DNA of 64,000 nt. Origin: Lingula anatina. Its lineage: Eukaryota > Animalia > Brachiopoda. Below, piece after piece: positions 1 through 14,300 of the stretch; position 1 is the first letter of the stretch; each line of letters starts with the position of its first letter. Position numbers and translations under genes: made by a program. The stretch is from positions 15,434,587 to 15,498,586 of the forward strand of contig CM120648.1 in NCBI GenBank assembly GCA_051362555.1. The letters run 5' to 3'. Below the pieces are notes generated by a model. The model ran no database searches. It worked only from the letters and a program-made list of their open reading frames with translations, and was not told where the DNA came from.

Positions 1-1247
1 TTTCTATAGAAATATTTTTTCCTGAACCTTTGTCGGGGCACATAAAAAGATGATAATCATGTTACAGTGGTAATTTCATTTATATATTGTGTTGATCATA
101 AGTTAATTGACAAAACATACAAAACACTCAATTCAACCAACCAAAGTCGCGGACTACGACCACAAGACCCTTCGACTTGTGCCCCTGATTTTCGGCAGAC
201 CTGGTGAAATCAAATACGAATAAGAAATGCCTGTCCATTTAAACCTCACACATATAGATTAGTATGATATATAGACCTATTTTTCACATGACCCAATTTT
301 TGCTATTTTAATTCTAATGGGTTGCACATGTACAGCTGGATAAGACGCGTGAAGTATTGAATAATGGACAAAATGGAGGCGTCGATGAAAATATTTAAAA
401 TAAAATATTTTGTTCTGTCTTTTTTCCCATGCACATTTGAACACATTTTGCTCCTAAAATATTGAACACAAGTGAAGAATTGTAAACATTACTTAGCGGC
501 CAGAACAATTATAAGAGGAAAGAATAACAATAACCGTTAAATGGATTGCACAACCCTTATAGTTGTACCATGTACAAACATATCATACATCAGACCGTGA
601 ATACTTGTATTTTAATCCTGGATCACTGACAAGCAATAAATCCATATAGTATCTCAGTCAGCTTATGTGTATTGTACCTAAATATTAACACAACTGAGCT
701 ATATGTAGGCTTAAACGATCGAACCTAAATGACAAAAAAGGACCTTGGTCTTGCATATATACCACACCTGTTGAAGATAAAAAAGGGGGTTCTTTTGAAA
801 CTTTTAATCACTTTTGTCTCCACCAATTAAATGTCTCCAATTTAAATGCATGATATAAGTTAATTTTTTTCTGGGAAAAAAGATACAATAATAATAAAAA
901 CGCGCGTTAACTACATACATGTTTAGTTTTCTTCCACTTTTGGTTGGAGTTCACAACTAAATACACATGTAAGTACTTCTTTTTCATGCAGAAAAATTCT
1001 TAGTAAATGCTTGTAGTATTTGGACTTTTTACAGTAAAATGCTTAAAATGCGGAAAAGTTGAAGGGAACTTTGGTCATGAAGTCCAGTGAAATAGAAATA
1101 CCATCAGGAAACAACGTGACTGCGGAAATGCTGTAAAATATGGATGTTCGTTTTAAGAAATTCACTCACTTTCCCTCACAGATAAGAAAAAAGATGTTTA
1201 TTCTAATGGCGGTAAGGTGTGAAGAAGTCACTTTTCCCAATACTTAC

Positions 1248-1449
1248 CTGTCATGTAATCAAAAAGGCTCCCGAAATAAGGCAGCCTTCTTGGTCCAGGT
1301 ATTTCTTTAAAAGATTTCACTTGGCTGCAGTCCAAAACGGGATTGTGGTTGTCCTTTTGGCTCGATTGCATAAATTTATACGATGAGCATGTCCTTTTCC
1401 TGTGAATGTTGATCAATTGGGCGGCGAACGTTGTCCTGAAGTTTGGCAT
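1248..1449 (-). CDS. Cytochrome P450, mitochondrial-clan-like, first coding exon (gene continues beyond the left edge)
   Basis: ATG at 1449 (MPNFRTTFAAQLINIHRKRTCSSYKF...), a basic Ser/Thr-rich transit-peptide-like leader without a hydrophobic ER anchor, then KSFKEIPGPRRLPYFGSLFDY, the Pro-rich hinge typical of mitochondrial CYPs. Phase-1 donor CAG|GTAAGT at 1248/1247. No further exon recognised in 1-1247. Confidence 0.8.
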
Positions 1450-1595
1450 GATGCGTTGTAACTGATACAAATGTACAACTATCGTAAATAAAGTGAAATG
1501 TACCGGCAGAGACGAGACTTAATCTCTCCTTGGCTGTATGTTTCCCTAGAATAAGCTATTGTTCACGCACCATAGAACGGCGCGCGCATCCTGTA

Positions 1596-1610
1596 TTTTT
1601 ATAAGGGTCA
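1596..1610 (-). promoter_or_regulatory. Candidate TATA box of the P450 gene with adjacent nuclear-receptor-like half-site
   Basis: Minus strand reads TGACCCTTATAAAAA, with TATAAAAA about 150 bp upstream of the ATG. Position and motif only. Confidence 0.35.
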
Positions 1611-1845
1611 GAAAACTTTTTTCCTGCTCATTCCAACCTTTCATGAATAGCAGGTGCGGATCCACACCGCGATAGGCTGGCTTCCTGAAGCCGATCGGGA
1701 TTTTACAAGAGCATCACGACAGTCGTCCACTCTGGGTTGTCCATGTTGATATTCTTAATAACTCCCGTGAGCCCGGAACAAGTATGTCGTTTACACCTGT
1801 GTCAGTTCACAGTTGTCGCTTAGGGACCATTCCCAGACCCTATCG

Positions 1846-2052
1846 TACTAACAGTGGATCGATCTATCTCCAAGAGGATACTCGCTAAATTGCATTCAAC
1901 TTAAGCGCCTTAGATGTCTGTCACACGTGCTGAAGCTGATAGGGGGTAATAAATTATCGTTTAGCAGCTTCAGTCTGGCGCGCCAGACATCTAAGCCGCT
2001 TAGGCTATAGCAATTTTGCGAGAAACCCTCGGAGATGGATCGATCCTGTTAG
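1846..2052. mobile_element. Hairpin/foldback MITE upstream of the P450
   Basis: Long imperfect inverted repeat (ctaacagtggatcgatctatctcc...cttagatgtctg...ctgaagctg / cagcttcag...cagacatctaag...ggagatggatcgatcctgttag). Partial copies at ~4099-4135 and ~46287-46400. Confidence 0.7.
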
Positions 2053-2303
2053 ACTGAGAACCCAGTCTAGGGCTTATTACGCACCTGGCTGTCTTTCAAA
2101 CTATTTAAAGTATAATTACTTCAGTTGTTTGTGTTTGGTTCAATTGTTTGTCGGTGTCACAGGGATGGCATGATGCGTGATGATGGGGGTGGGGTGGGGG
2201 GGGGGGGGGAGTTGGAACTAACCGACCAATTTGCCATGAAAATGTCAGCTCTGAATTAAATTTCGATCAAGATTCTGTAGTTTCTCACGCAGGGTCAGCG
2301 TGT

Positions 2304-2334
<31 letters not shown>

Positions 2335-3661
2335 GGGCGCTGTCCAGCACAATCTGACACTTTTACAAGTTACCAGAAGAAGTCTGCGTGTATAATGCTT
2401 GTATATTACAAACAATACCAAGATAGCACTTTCCCCGCGGCGGTAGTTGAGTCGATCGTTGTCGCACTGGTGATTGCTGTTCGTCTCGCGAACGTCATCT
2501 TGTCCCGTAGTTGACAACATTAACTAGGGTGTTCTGAATAGAGTATTGCTAAGATCCAAGTATTGCTACGAAAGATATCATATGTGCGCTCAGTTCCTTG
2601 TAGTGAAGAAATTGAACAGCTAAAAATTTCATTATCATGTATATTATTATACATATTATGCATTGTTATTATTATGTATATTTGTGTTGTCTTGGTCTAT
2701 TTCTGCTACCAAGGAATTATCGCCACTTTTGTCTACTATATTTCCTGTTTAAGTCTATGTATACTTGAAACTGTATTCTATGATAATTGTTGTCTACCAG
2801 CATTGCACGTGTCATACATGTAGCAGCAAGGGAATATGTCCGTAATTTGAATTAAATGCATATTGAAACATAGAAACAAAGAAATAAAGTTCCTCTAGAA
2901 CTGAAGAGTTCTGCTTTACTCAGCTCGTGAAATATTGACAAGGAAACATTACGTGCGAAAAATTTAGGCATATTGATGTGATTAGGAAAAAAAGTTCTAT
3001 TATTGTAAATTTTTTCATCGTTTTTGGTCTCCTCTTTACTCAGAGCAGACAGCTGAGTATAGCAATAACTTAGTGCTAGGCTACTTTCATACACTGTAGT
3101 ACATGCGAGTCCCACTTTGATCTTTGTTACTTGAAGTATGCTAATTTAGCAAAAGGCTTTCATGTAATTCCCTTTGAATGTATTTCAAAAGACAACTGGA
3201 TTTTTTCCCAAAAATTTCCTCTTTTTTAGTTCCAATTATATAAATGTTTTCAGTTAAATAATAATAATAATAATGATGATAATAATAATTGTGATGAAGG
3301 TGATGAAAAATGCATTTATGTAACTACATGTGTCGAGATTTGGAATTAAGACCGTCGGAAGAGCGCCCCTGTGTAGCCGATGGAAAAAATCTCTCCTCGC
3401 AGAAACATGGGCTTCCATAATTCCAAAAACAGCATCAAGAAGAGGAGACAAACACAAATCATAAATTCGATTATAAATTAAAATATGAATTTTGAGGCGA
3501 GAGCGCACATGGTGCTTTTTCAGGGTGCGGGGGGGGGGGGGGAGGGGGGGAGTACACATGCATTCACGCATGGTGACTTAAGCGCTGATACCAGACATGT
3601 ATGTAACACAAAAGAGGAGTCTTTTTAAATACCTCATAAATACTGCATTTCATATACGGAC

Positions 3662-3822
3662 ATGACGGGAATGGTAGTCCGCTAGGAACCGTAGTCCGCC
3701 CCCCCATTACTTTGTACAGGTGGCATTCGTCCCATATACTAACCCCAATACTCGGACTAACCCTATCCCGTACAAATCGTATCGGACCCGGACTTTCATT
3801 TCAGGACTACCATTCCTGTCAC
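3662..3822. mobile_element. ~160-bp MITE (TIR gtgacaggaatggtagtcc)
   Basis: Ends tgacgggaatggtagtcc / ggactaccattcctgtcac. Same family at ~37536-37695 and ~51298-52142. Confidence 0.7.
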
Positions 3823-5584
3823 AATGGCGACTGTGCTAAGTTTCCAGCATTCTGAATCCAGAGACAACAGATCATGCGCTGTCAAACATACAGAATTGAC
3901 TGTGTATAGTTACGCTAGGGTATGACAGACAAAAAATAGACCAAACATGTTTAACACATATCCAATGTTTGCAGTCTTTACCTGGACAAGAGCATGAACG
4001 GGGAAAGAGAGTCAACTATAAAGTCAACTCTAGTTGACACGGGGACTTTGTTCTCAACTCCCCGAATACTAAGACTGGGTTCCCATACCTAGATCGATCT
4101 AACAGGATCGATCCATCTCCAATGGGTTTCTCTTGGAGGCAGCGACGGTCCATCGCCACATTACCTTCTTCTAGTTGAATATTCAGGGAGATATTTTGAC
4201 CCTCAAAACTCAGGTCAATGTCGAGGTACTATCTGGCTGCAGGCTGCGCTAGAAGTCCGTTACAAAACTATTATACACGTATCTCTCTCAAACTTTATAT
4301 TCTGTACATCTATACCATTAAAGAAACCCCTGGTATGAGAGGGTAATAGAACTTGAAGAATTTGTGCCACATCCGTAGGGTTTAGTTATTGCTATATAAC
4401 CACCAATTTAAAAGGGTTTGTGAAATATCTGAAGCATTCAAAAAATGAATATATAATAGTTTTTTTGCCGTGCTTTTCAACACGAGTGTACCTCCGTGCC
4501 TGCACTGATCGCATGAATTTTTTTAAAGCAACGTGAACATTTATATGCATATTACCGACGACATAATATCATTTCAAATGTACATTGGTTGATATATTGT
4601 ATAAATTGGTATTTAGCCGCAGAACATGAAAGTTACTTTTGAAAAAAATTTTCTCCTCCAGGTACAAAATGATGGCTGGTCCAGGACTGCGTTAAAGAAG
4701 ACGAAGTAAAGGAAAACACAATGATCTAGGATTATGTTTAGGAAAGTAAAAAAGACATCACTGAATCAGGACTGTGTTAGAGAAGACACAGAAAGTCACG
4801 AACTCAAGATTCCTCTCTGTAGCAATGCATCTCTTGCGAACAGACCACATACTAGACCAGACTATTCGCATCCCGTTCTGCAAACACAGCGATGCTTGTG
4901 TCTCTTCCCGCTTCCTTTAATCCAGCCTCCTCGGTTGTTTTAAACAGGTTCACAAGTTTGCGGCGACCGTGGCGTCCACGGCGACGCTTGTTCATCCTGC
5001 CCGCCACCCTTGAGTGACCTGGGCGTCCACTGTGCGTCCTTTTAGCTTCCTACGGCGACCTGGCCAGTTTCATAGTCGCACAAAGGAGGAGGATTAATAA
5101 CTTACATAATAACAATAAGATTTATTATTATTATTATTACTTTATTATTATTGCAATTTTGTATATTGCTAGCATTTTAGAAGCCTCTGAAATCAGAGGG
5201 CAGTCAATGCATTTCATTCAATTTCAAAGACCGTTGTCAAGATGTGTACATGATAAATGATAACTTGAGGCTTATATCTAATATGACAACAAGAAATACT
5301 TTGAACATTTTGAACTAATAGATTTTTTTTACTACTGTACTGGTGTGTAAACAATATGGCACAGCGAGCAGAACACACATATATATGTATAATATTCATA
5401 CTGAAACTAAAAAAAAAAGGATTTCTACATATGTGCAAAAGTGTCACATTCCTTCACTTGTCCTTATAACATTGTATAAAATTGATGAACGTCGTTTGCT
5501 TAATTTTTCCGAAAATAATTGGCTAAATGTGTAAAGTGGATAAAAGGTCTAATATAATAACAAACAAACCCTTGAAGAAAAAAG

Positions 5585-6434
5585 TCATTTATCAGATTTC
5601 TTCGACTGAATAAGATGCGTCTCTATCATATACTTGGGTGCATCTTCCAGCAGCAGCCATTGTCTACTAGAATCAAGTTTGTAGTATTCCTGTGACTTCT
5701 TTTTTCCACATGGTCTGTAGACTATTGAACAGTATATCAACAGCGCGCCTGCCTGTAAATATACATAAACAGTGAATTACATTCACTGTTCAATGTGCAA
5801 AGCCAGGTATAAATAACATAAAAGCAATTTTACAACCAAAACTACGATTATTGAGATTATTCTGGAATTTGTGCTTGTCATCGGTGCATTTGAGCTTCAT
5901 AAATGGCTGACCTACCCTCCGTAATAATCTTCAATTATTATTACATTCAGTAACAATCGAAACATTGTGGAGATTATCATTTTAACCCCAACAGAAGCTT
6001 TAACTTTACTTGCAATACATTGCATTGTGAAGAAACTTACGTTCCCCAAAGAGAGACCCGTAAGAAGTCCTGATAATGTACTGAATGCGCTGTTGTCTAA
6101 TATAATTCCTCCGATTAAAGGACCTAAAAAACTTCTGAACAATAAAACAGAAATATTTTTCAACAAAGATTGAAACCAAATGATAAAAAATAACAATTTA
6201 AACAAAGGTATTGAAATAACAGTACTGAATTAAGAAAAGTTAGTATAATATACCAACAAAAATTCAACATCACTTAGCTTCAAAGTTTCAAAGTTACACA
6301 TAAAGTTCCAAGTTTCAGTTGCAGTTACATTATATTGTATTAAGTTATGTCCAAACAAGATGGTGCCAGTTTTTGAACATTCTGAAATATTCTTAAAAGC
6401 TTAGAAATATTCTGCCATTGCTGGGTAGTCGGCG

Positions 6435-6465
<31 letters not shown>

Positions 6466-6513
6466 AAAATTCCAACTCTAAACCTGATACCAATATATAT
6501 CTGAACCAAAAAA

Positions 6514-6560
<47 letters not shown>

Positions 6561-9500
6561 AACTCACCCTAACCCAAGATGAGTCTCATATATTGCTATC
6601 AAATTCCCATATGTAGTCATATCATCCGGAAGACCTGATGCTCTGCAATGGTATGTGAAAAATCTCAACAAACACAATGGCACGTGTGGACTTCAACCAG
6701 CAAAACGAACCCGATGCGACTAACACGATGGTGCATGTTTATGCTATTCGTAAAGGCACATCACACCTCGAACGTCTATTTCATATCTTGTAAAACTTTA
6801 TTAAAATGGCAGTTAATATGTTTACTGATGAAAGGGTACTACGTGAAATGATGGAGTCCTCTACTCACATAGCATCTAATATGCGGTCCGCCAAAACTGC
6901 CACCTCAGTACATGCTTGGCCAATGCCTATGGTACAGGTTCCTAAGTAAATGCTCCAGGACGATCTTGAATACAGTTAAGTATAATATAACATTACCAAG
7001 TTACCCCATGTTTGTTTACGCAGTGCGGGTTTATATTACTGTGCAGTAAGTGCTGGTTAATAACAGCCTGCAGTGAGTCATATGGCTCTGTAAAGATCAA
7101 AATATACCCCAATTATAATAGATGAATTCCTTAACGGGGTAAGCAAACATGGGGCAACGCATTTAACATCCAATAACCAAAATGTATCTGCATCAGAAAT
7201 GAGGCTCTTCCATTCCCATCCAGAAAGGCACCTAAAAGATGTAAATTATGCCATGAGTTGGTGCTAAACCGAGTGAACCAAATGCCGCGTCTTTAAATTT
7301 AAGCCCCTCGAGTGACACGGGCGGTTGCTCTGTATACTACAGATAAAAAAGATGTGTAAATATACTAAGGTGATTATAACAATTCAAATGATGTGGAGTG
7401 TTCACTGAATAAATAAATATGAAATTTGTCAGATAAGATATTCGGACTGCACCTACAGAGACTATGCGTAACACAAGTAATCTAATTAAAGTTCTATTCG
7501 TAACACGAGGCCGTTCTAAGCTGTCTGACTTGTAACTTTACTACTATATTACCACAACATGGAATCGAATTCTCATAAAATAACAGGCCGCGCCAAAAAC
7601 TGGTCTAAAGCAAAATTTGAATCTAATTTGACTCAAGATAAATTATATGCGGTCTAATTAAATGGAATATCTTGCCTTTTTTATAACCGGTAATGTATAT
7701 GCCTTGTAAGATTTCTTACAAAAAAGGCTATATGTCTGTTTTGAGCCATATATGTCCCAGCGCTGTAGACCCTAGTGTACCTACCCCTCGCCGTTAGGGT
7801 AAAGACCGGTAAGTGGACCCCATGGCCCTACTAGGGTGAACCCCACTGCCTTCAAGACAAGCCCAAGGATTACCTGCGTCTTATTACGGTTCTGAAATGA
7901 AAGAGAAAGTTACATGTACACAGCGTCACTTTTTTACCTTTTAAATACAATAAATAATAAATGAATAAAAACACGTTCGGTTACTGGTATCACATTGTTA
8001 TAGTTTTCAAAGGTAAAACGTTTGTGTATTTCCAAAAGTTCCACTTACAAAGTATATCAATACTGCCTAAAACACAGGTACTTTGCTTGTCTAGGATCCT
8101 TCTATCGATTATATTTCTATGATCGCACCATGGAATTACAGTTTTTGTCGTTAATATAGCAATGTAGCAATCACAAACATGTGGCTCGAAGTATTACAAA
8201 CTCTTAGGCCAATATCGCCAAATCAACCAGGTAATTAACTGGGGACTTTTCAAGAAACAAGCCTCCGGGACTAGGGTAAGCCTTCATTTTGGGTGGATGT
8301 TCACACCCCCCCTTTCGACCCCTCCTACTCACAAATCTGCCGGACAGCACACCGAACATAGGCACAGACAACGTGTACAGTAAACCTATCAGGGAAAAGG
8401 CCAGGCCAAACATAACGTGGTTGCCCTTCAGACTGGGGTCCACCTAAAATAAAAACCATATTTAAGTTAGTTTTAATTAGTCAGTTGTATTTTACTAAGT
8501 TCAATAAAAGGTTATAAAAGTAATCGGCAAAGTAGTGTCTTCAGCAGAACGGAGCATATTTGGAACGTAGTGTATAAATGAAGATAAAATGTTTGCCAGT
8601 AGAGCTAGTGATATGTTGTTTGTAGCAATAGATTCGCCGATTTCTCAGATATATATGGCTTGTATATAGTTTGTAAACAGAAAATAGATCAATTCATGAC
8701 TTCTGTTGTGTTGTAGTATTAATAATTGACAGATACTGCCTTTGTGCCATTGGTCTAGGGATTGTATCCAGTTTTCTAAGTGGCATCGCCATGTTAAATA
8801 TATGTTCAATATCTTACCTTCTGTAGCTGCATCCCAAGTGTTGGTGACAAAGACCCGATTCCCAAGTACGTTATGAAAACCGCTATGTACTCTAAGATAG
8901 CGGCAGGTTGCTTCAATACCTGGACTATCTGGCAATGCTGTGAAGACTTGTCTACAAATTAAGTACTGGGAATTATTGCCGTTTACGTTATTTAAACAAT
9001 TTGGGAGCAGGGCAGTTTTCTGTATCGGACCATTTTGGCTGGCCCTGACATGTATAGCGCTACTAATTTTTTTACCCTTTTACAACCCACTGTGTACCCG
9101 CCCAAATTAATCCGGTGTAAATGCTTCCCTCTACCAAGGTGGCAAATATTATAGGCAAAATTTCCAAAAGCCACCCTGTAACTTTTGGCCAGATGAAAGC
9201 TATTATATCTGCACGCGCGCAGATGGCATTGTACCCGCTACTGCAGGAGATTCCTAAGTTAACTTCAATCTGAAGAAGAGGCTATTTTCATCTGTCACAA
9301 AAGATCAATTTATTAAGGTCAGAGCAATTAAATGTCTTGATTGCTGTCAAGGGACTTGGTTTGGTCCTGTAAAGTGGCAGTGCCTGAGCAGTTATGCAAA
9401 CAATTACCAGCCATGTAATCATCCTTGAGATTTCATCACAGGGTGACAGAAAACCAAATGACCGTGTTTATCTAAAGACATATCTGTGAATAACTTATGA

Positions 9501-11255
9501 AAAATTAATCTGTCGCCAAGGTAGAGGGTATTAAAATGCAGCGTCTAGCGGGAATGAGTGCTCTGTTAAGCCCCCGTCACACTTATTCGGAATCAGCAGG
9601 AATCAAGCAGAACCAGCCGGAATGACTAACTTTAAAAATTCGTACTACATTCGGGAGGAAATTTCAAATTGACCTAAGTTCTTGTAAGAATGCTGTTGGA
9701 ATACTTAGAATGCGCTTGAATCCGCCTGGAATGATTCGTGCACATTTCGGCTGTATTAGCTCTCAAATGCAGCTCAAATGTAGTTGGAAAACTAGGAATA
9801 TCAAAAATGCTGCCAAAATGCAGTCAAAATATTTAGAATACACTTCGAATGCAGTACGAGTGTAATAGGATCGAGATGCGTTCGAGTTGCATTCTGGCTC
9901 ATTCTAGCAGGATTTGAAGTGTCCTGCCATTTCGGTTCTCCCTCGAATGTGATCAGAATGTTTCGAATGCTGTCGGAACGCCGTGAGAATACTTAGAATG
10001 CCATAGTTCAGTTAGAATACTATTCAAATGCCCTTCGATAATTATTCCACTAAGAATGCACTTCGAAAGTTTTTAACATGAGCAAAATATTCGGGCCGGC
10101 CACAAGAATGGGTAAAAATATTTGGAATGCACTCGGATTTTTTAGAAAGCTCTTCGAATATCCAGGAGCGCACAAAGAATTGTCTTTCCGACGGCATTCT
10201 TGCTCATTCCGCCGCTAGTGTGACGGGGGTATTAAGGTGGGTTTCATAGCAAACTGGAGCGGCACAGATAACTGTCATATATTTACGAATCTGGCAATTA
10301 ATATAGATATATTTTATAAATTCCCATGTAGATTAACATTCTAGGAAATCGTCCAAAATACATACTTATTATCAGTTTCCTTTTATCACAGTAGTGTTTT
10401 CATCAAGGCCCAATAAACATTGCACATGTGTAGAAATTGAATTATCTGAAATCTTTAATACGAATTATTTGTAACAAAATAAGTAATACATAAACCCACC
10501 AGCGTCGTCATCATCGGGAGCAAATGTGAAAAATATCCACAATCCTAAGATAACAGCTAATGGTCCAAACACAAGAAATGGTAGCCAAAACCCTCCGAGT
10601 CGATAGAGGCCGCCACCAGCTAAGGGTCCCAGCATCGATCCGAGTCCAAAAAACATATTTAGGAATCCCTTCGAAAAAATAAGACGTTTTTTTGCCAACA
10701 GCGGAGTTATTGATTTAATATGTATTTCTCGGCTAAACAGCAAACTCTTGCACGTGGAAACTGCTATTTTATCCGGCAAAATGCCGTTACTTAAAAGAAA
10801 CATCAGCTAGGTTGGGCAAAGTGTATACATACGTTCCTAACCATATTACAATCTGATACATCCAATAGAAGCTAATTATATATAATACTCATAATTATAG
10901 CTTTTAAAAGTATTACCACATAGACTGTTATACTATAGAGATTCACCTGCACCGGTGTTTTACCTAGTGATTAGGAGTTCATCTCACGCACTATATGTAA
11001 CTAGGATATAAGTTAATCGTCAATTTCTGTAGCAGCTTGGTACAGCTATCCCTCTATGATATAAAGCTAGTTGTGAGAAAGGTTTTGACTTACATACGCC
11101 GTGGCCACATTATTTCTAAACTCTCTGGCTATGATAGCGTAGTTTGCTGTTAGTGCCATGGCGGCTCCCAATGACTCCATTATACGAAACATCATTCCGA
11201 GGCGTAGAAACCATTCTCCAGACTGTAATTCTCCAAGAAGACTAAAGTGTGATTA

Positions 11256-11286
<31 letters not shown>

Positions 11287-12708
11287 ATAGTAAGGGAGGA
11301 TGGACGGACGAGGTAACGTGACCCCCGTCTCTTGACGCAAAAGTGCAGGGATAATAATCATTAAAACAAATTAAAAATAAAAGCAGTGGTACAATAGACT
11401 TAAATTTCCTTATAAATTACTGAAAAGGTAGATCCAGGTAGGAGAAACATTGAAGCGAAAAGGATGACTCAAAACTAAACAATATTTCACCCCCTGGACT
11501 CTGCATAGTAAAGTAGAAATGATCTCGAATACTAATCTATATTTTACCACCTCGCCTAAGGTCAGCGTGCCTATTTCCTTTTCTCAATTTCATATTTTCT
11601 TGGTCACATGTAACAGTTATTCTCCACGTACCTAAATAGTAAAGAGCTGATTCCAAGTATTATGAGTCCTAAAACGTAGCATCTTCGGGTTCCTATCCTT
11701 GTTAACTGAAATATAAGACAATGAGTCACCACAGATTTAACACTGGTATTGATGTAAGACGCATTATAGTTCTCCGTTTACGCAGTCTTGCATTATTCCA
11801 CCCCCCAATCTCCCCCAAGTCCTACGAAATAAACAATCTTTCTAGATTCTTCGATAATTCGCGAGACTCAGATGATCCCCACAGATAATACGTTATATCT
11901 CTATTTAAAAGCTTTGAGCGCCCCGCGTAACACTGACTTATTATTGATACGATATTGGAATACATGTTTCTATCGCCATTAGTCAATTTCCTACCAAAAA
12001 TGTTTCACTCTTTGACTACCGTAGTGGAAGACTATCGGATTGATGATGGGATTGTTAATACATAAACCTTTAGGTACTGTGATATCTTCAGTATCTGTTG
12101 TTCAGGAGAAATACCTGCACTTCACAAATACATGACCATAAATGCCGTCATTTATACAGTTGCTAGGAGACGTTAATTGGTATACCTGAGATCCAATGAG
12201 AAGAGAAACGCTGAACTTGGCAACGTCATAACATCCAAATATGGCCCCAACAGATGTGAGTGACAGACCTTTTCCTACAGCCTGGAAGAGGAAGATATTC
12301 TAAAAAAAACCTCGATGTTGTACTTGAAAAATCACACAAAAAAAAACGACAATAAAATATTTAATTTCAAAACACTGGTATATCAGAACCACTCTGTAGC
12401 GACCATGGAGCATATGACAGCATAAAGACGTGTTTTGAAGGCAATATTAGTCGAATTAATCCGCAAGACCAAATTCGACGGGACCGCAAAATTTTGCTAG
12501 ACGGAAAGCTCTGAAAGCGTTCGGCAAAAACGAAGAAACCGAGATTATTACGATATGTTGAACTTACCTCGTCTCTCAAAAACGATTGCGGAAGAGAATT
12601 ACAAGAATACAACAATATATTAGTAAGACATCCATTTAACAGAGCGATTTTTTGCCGAGCACTCCATCTTTGAATGCCTTCACCCCTGTCTTCTCCTGTA
12701 TATGACAT
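5585..12708 (-). CDS. SLC18B1-like MFS transporter (vesicular amine/polyamine transporter family), 12 coding exons, 470 aa
   Basis: Exons read by hand: 12708-12568, 12281-12186, 11705-11632, 11241-11094, 10668-10500, 8951-8818, 8443-8333, 7891-7785, 6964-6869, 6642-6568, 6134-6041, 5752-5585 (TGA). All introns GT-AG with matching phases, total 1413 nt. Family-like motifs: GLSLTSVGAIFG, RIMESLGAA, FGLGSMLGPLAGGGLYRLGGFWLPF, SPTL, GLPDDMTTYG, SFLGPLIGG; about 12 hydrophobic segments. Confidence 0.9.
6511..6561. repeat. (AAAT)n microsatellite next to the exon-10 donor
   Basis: Direct tandem AAAT run; a (CAA)n run lies at ~6435-6464. Confidence 0.9.
9569..10231. mobile_element. PIF/Harbinger-like non-autonomous element in MFS intron 5
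   Basis: TIR agcccccgtcacac / gtgtgacgggggta flanked by TTA on both sides (9566-68, 10232-34). Interior built of many gaatgc/gcattc motifs. Confidence 0.8.
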
Positions 12709-14243
12709 TTCTGAAGTAACCGCGGGTGTCATTGTTTTGTAACATTTTCGTATAAGCAGCTTTTCAACGTCGAAAAACAATAAAAATGGTAATAATCAAA
12801 GCAAGAAGCAAGTTTGTCATCATACCAAAATTCGTACTTCTGTAGAATTGTATTTTTTAAAAACTGTAGAAGCTTCGTTCTTTTTCCAGTCACGTACTAA
12901 GTCTGAATAAACCGCCCTGTTCACTCCTCCCCAGATATTTCATGACTGCTTAAGATGATGGAAGTAAAAACCATATTTCAAGTAATATGGTTTAATATAT
13001 TGTTAACAAGAAAGGCACAGAAATAAGCAAGGCACAGGAAATTTAATATATCAGTTATGTATGCTAATCCATGGGATTAAGATCTAATATATCAGCTCGC
13101 TCTTATGGTATCACGCCCAAATCAGGTTACCAAATCTATATAAGTACATGGTACCACGGTTGAAATTAAGGAAAGGAGTGCCGGTATTCTAGGCCCAGTT
13201 ATATATCATTTTTGTCACGTAAAATGTTGAATACCAGACCGGATATAACAGATATGACGCTGTTTTAATGCATCTTTTTGTGTAATGGATAACGCCCCCT
13301 TTGCATTTTACAAAGTTTGTAACAAGCACCAGTCAGGATTATGTTATATTATTATTATTATTATTATTATTATTTGACCACCTTTGTGCAAAATATGCAG
13401 CTCTCGAATTGTTCATTTCCTTTATAATTTATAATGCAAATATTATCCAAACAAACATGTTATAAAATAAACTAAACCTTCATCTATCTGTTTACATTCT
13501 TGTATAGTGCAAGTAATAATGACTTTATGCTCAATTTTGATCATAGTCGCATGTCGCATGTCGCATGTGAAAAATATATTGTGATTCCATGTAGGTTGAC
13601 ATTTCTGACATAAAATTTGGATCACGAGTGGAAAAATAGTATATTTAATGCTTATTTTACTGTCGAATCGTGTCTTTTTCCCCTGTTTTTTTTTAAATAT
13701 TCAGTTATCTTCATCACACTCAAGATATATCGCTGGATAAGCTTTCCTTATGGTTACTTTCTCCGGTGTTCCTAATCTTCTTAGTGTTTTCGAAGAAAAC
13801 TGCAGACTGTATCAGAAAGTCTACAAAAATGACGGATAAAATCTACATATGTAATCCACTTTTTGTATTACATGTATCTTAATTTACTGTCTCTCCTTAG
13901 GGAATGCATTTTCCCACAATCGTCTAACCTAATAGAAACGCTGTTAAAGATAAACATCCATTAATCCAATGCCACTTATTAAATGCAATATCAGCAGAAT
14001 TGGGTATCAAGTGGAAATATCGATGCATAATATAGAAATAATATAGTTGCGAAAGGTAGGCAAAAACTAAAATAAGAAAATTATAGATAAAAGAGAATAT
14101 TACTGACATATGAAAACAGAGTGAAACGCGCTTGGTGTTTTTATAATCTAAGGGTTAGCTTTATCCTGTGAATAGTAATAAATGTAACAGCGACATTTTA
14201 TTCTGTAGAATTTGTTTTCGCGCTTATATGGACTATAAAATCT

Positions 14244-14300
14244 GTCATAACGTCCAATTATGGCACCGACAGATGTGAGGGACAAACCTTTTTCAACAGT
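14244..14300 (-). pseudogene. 3'-truncated duplicate of MFS exon 2
   Basis: TVEKGLSLTSVGAIIGRYD vs AVGKGLSLTSVGAIFGCYD. Acceptor TTCCAG retained; homology stops abruptly at 14244 and the donor is lost. Confidence 0.85.

Noticed and set aside
4662-4943. Exon-like segment after ctcctccag and a 69-aa ORF
   Set aside because: Stops soon after the acceptor, no recognisable homology and no partner exons.
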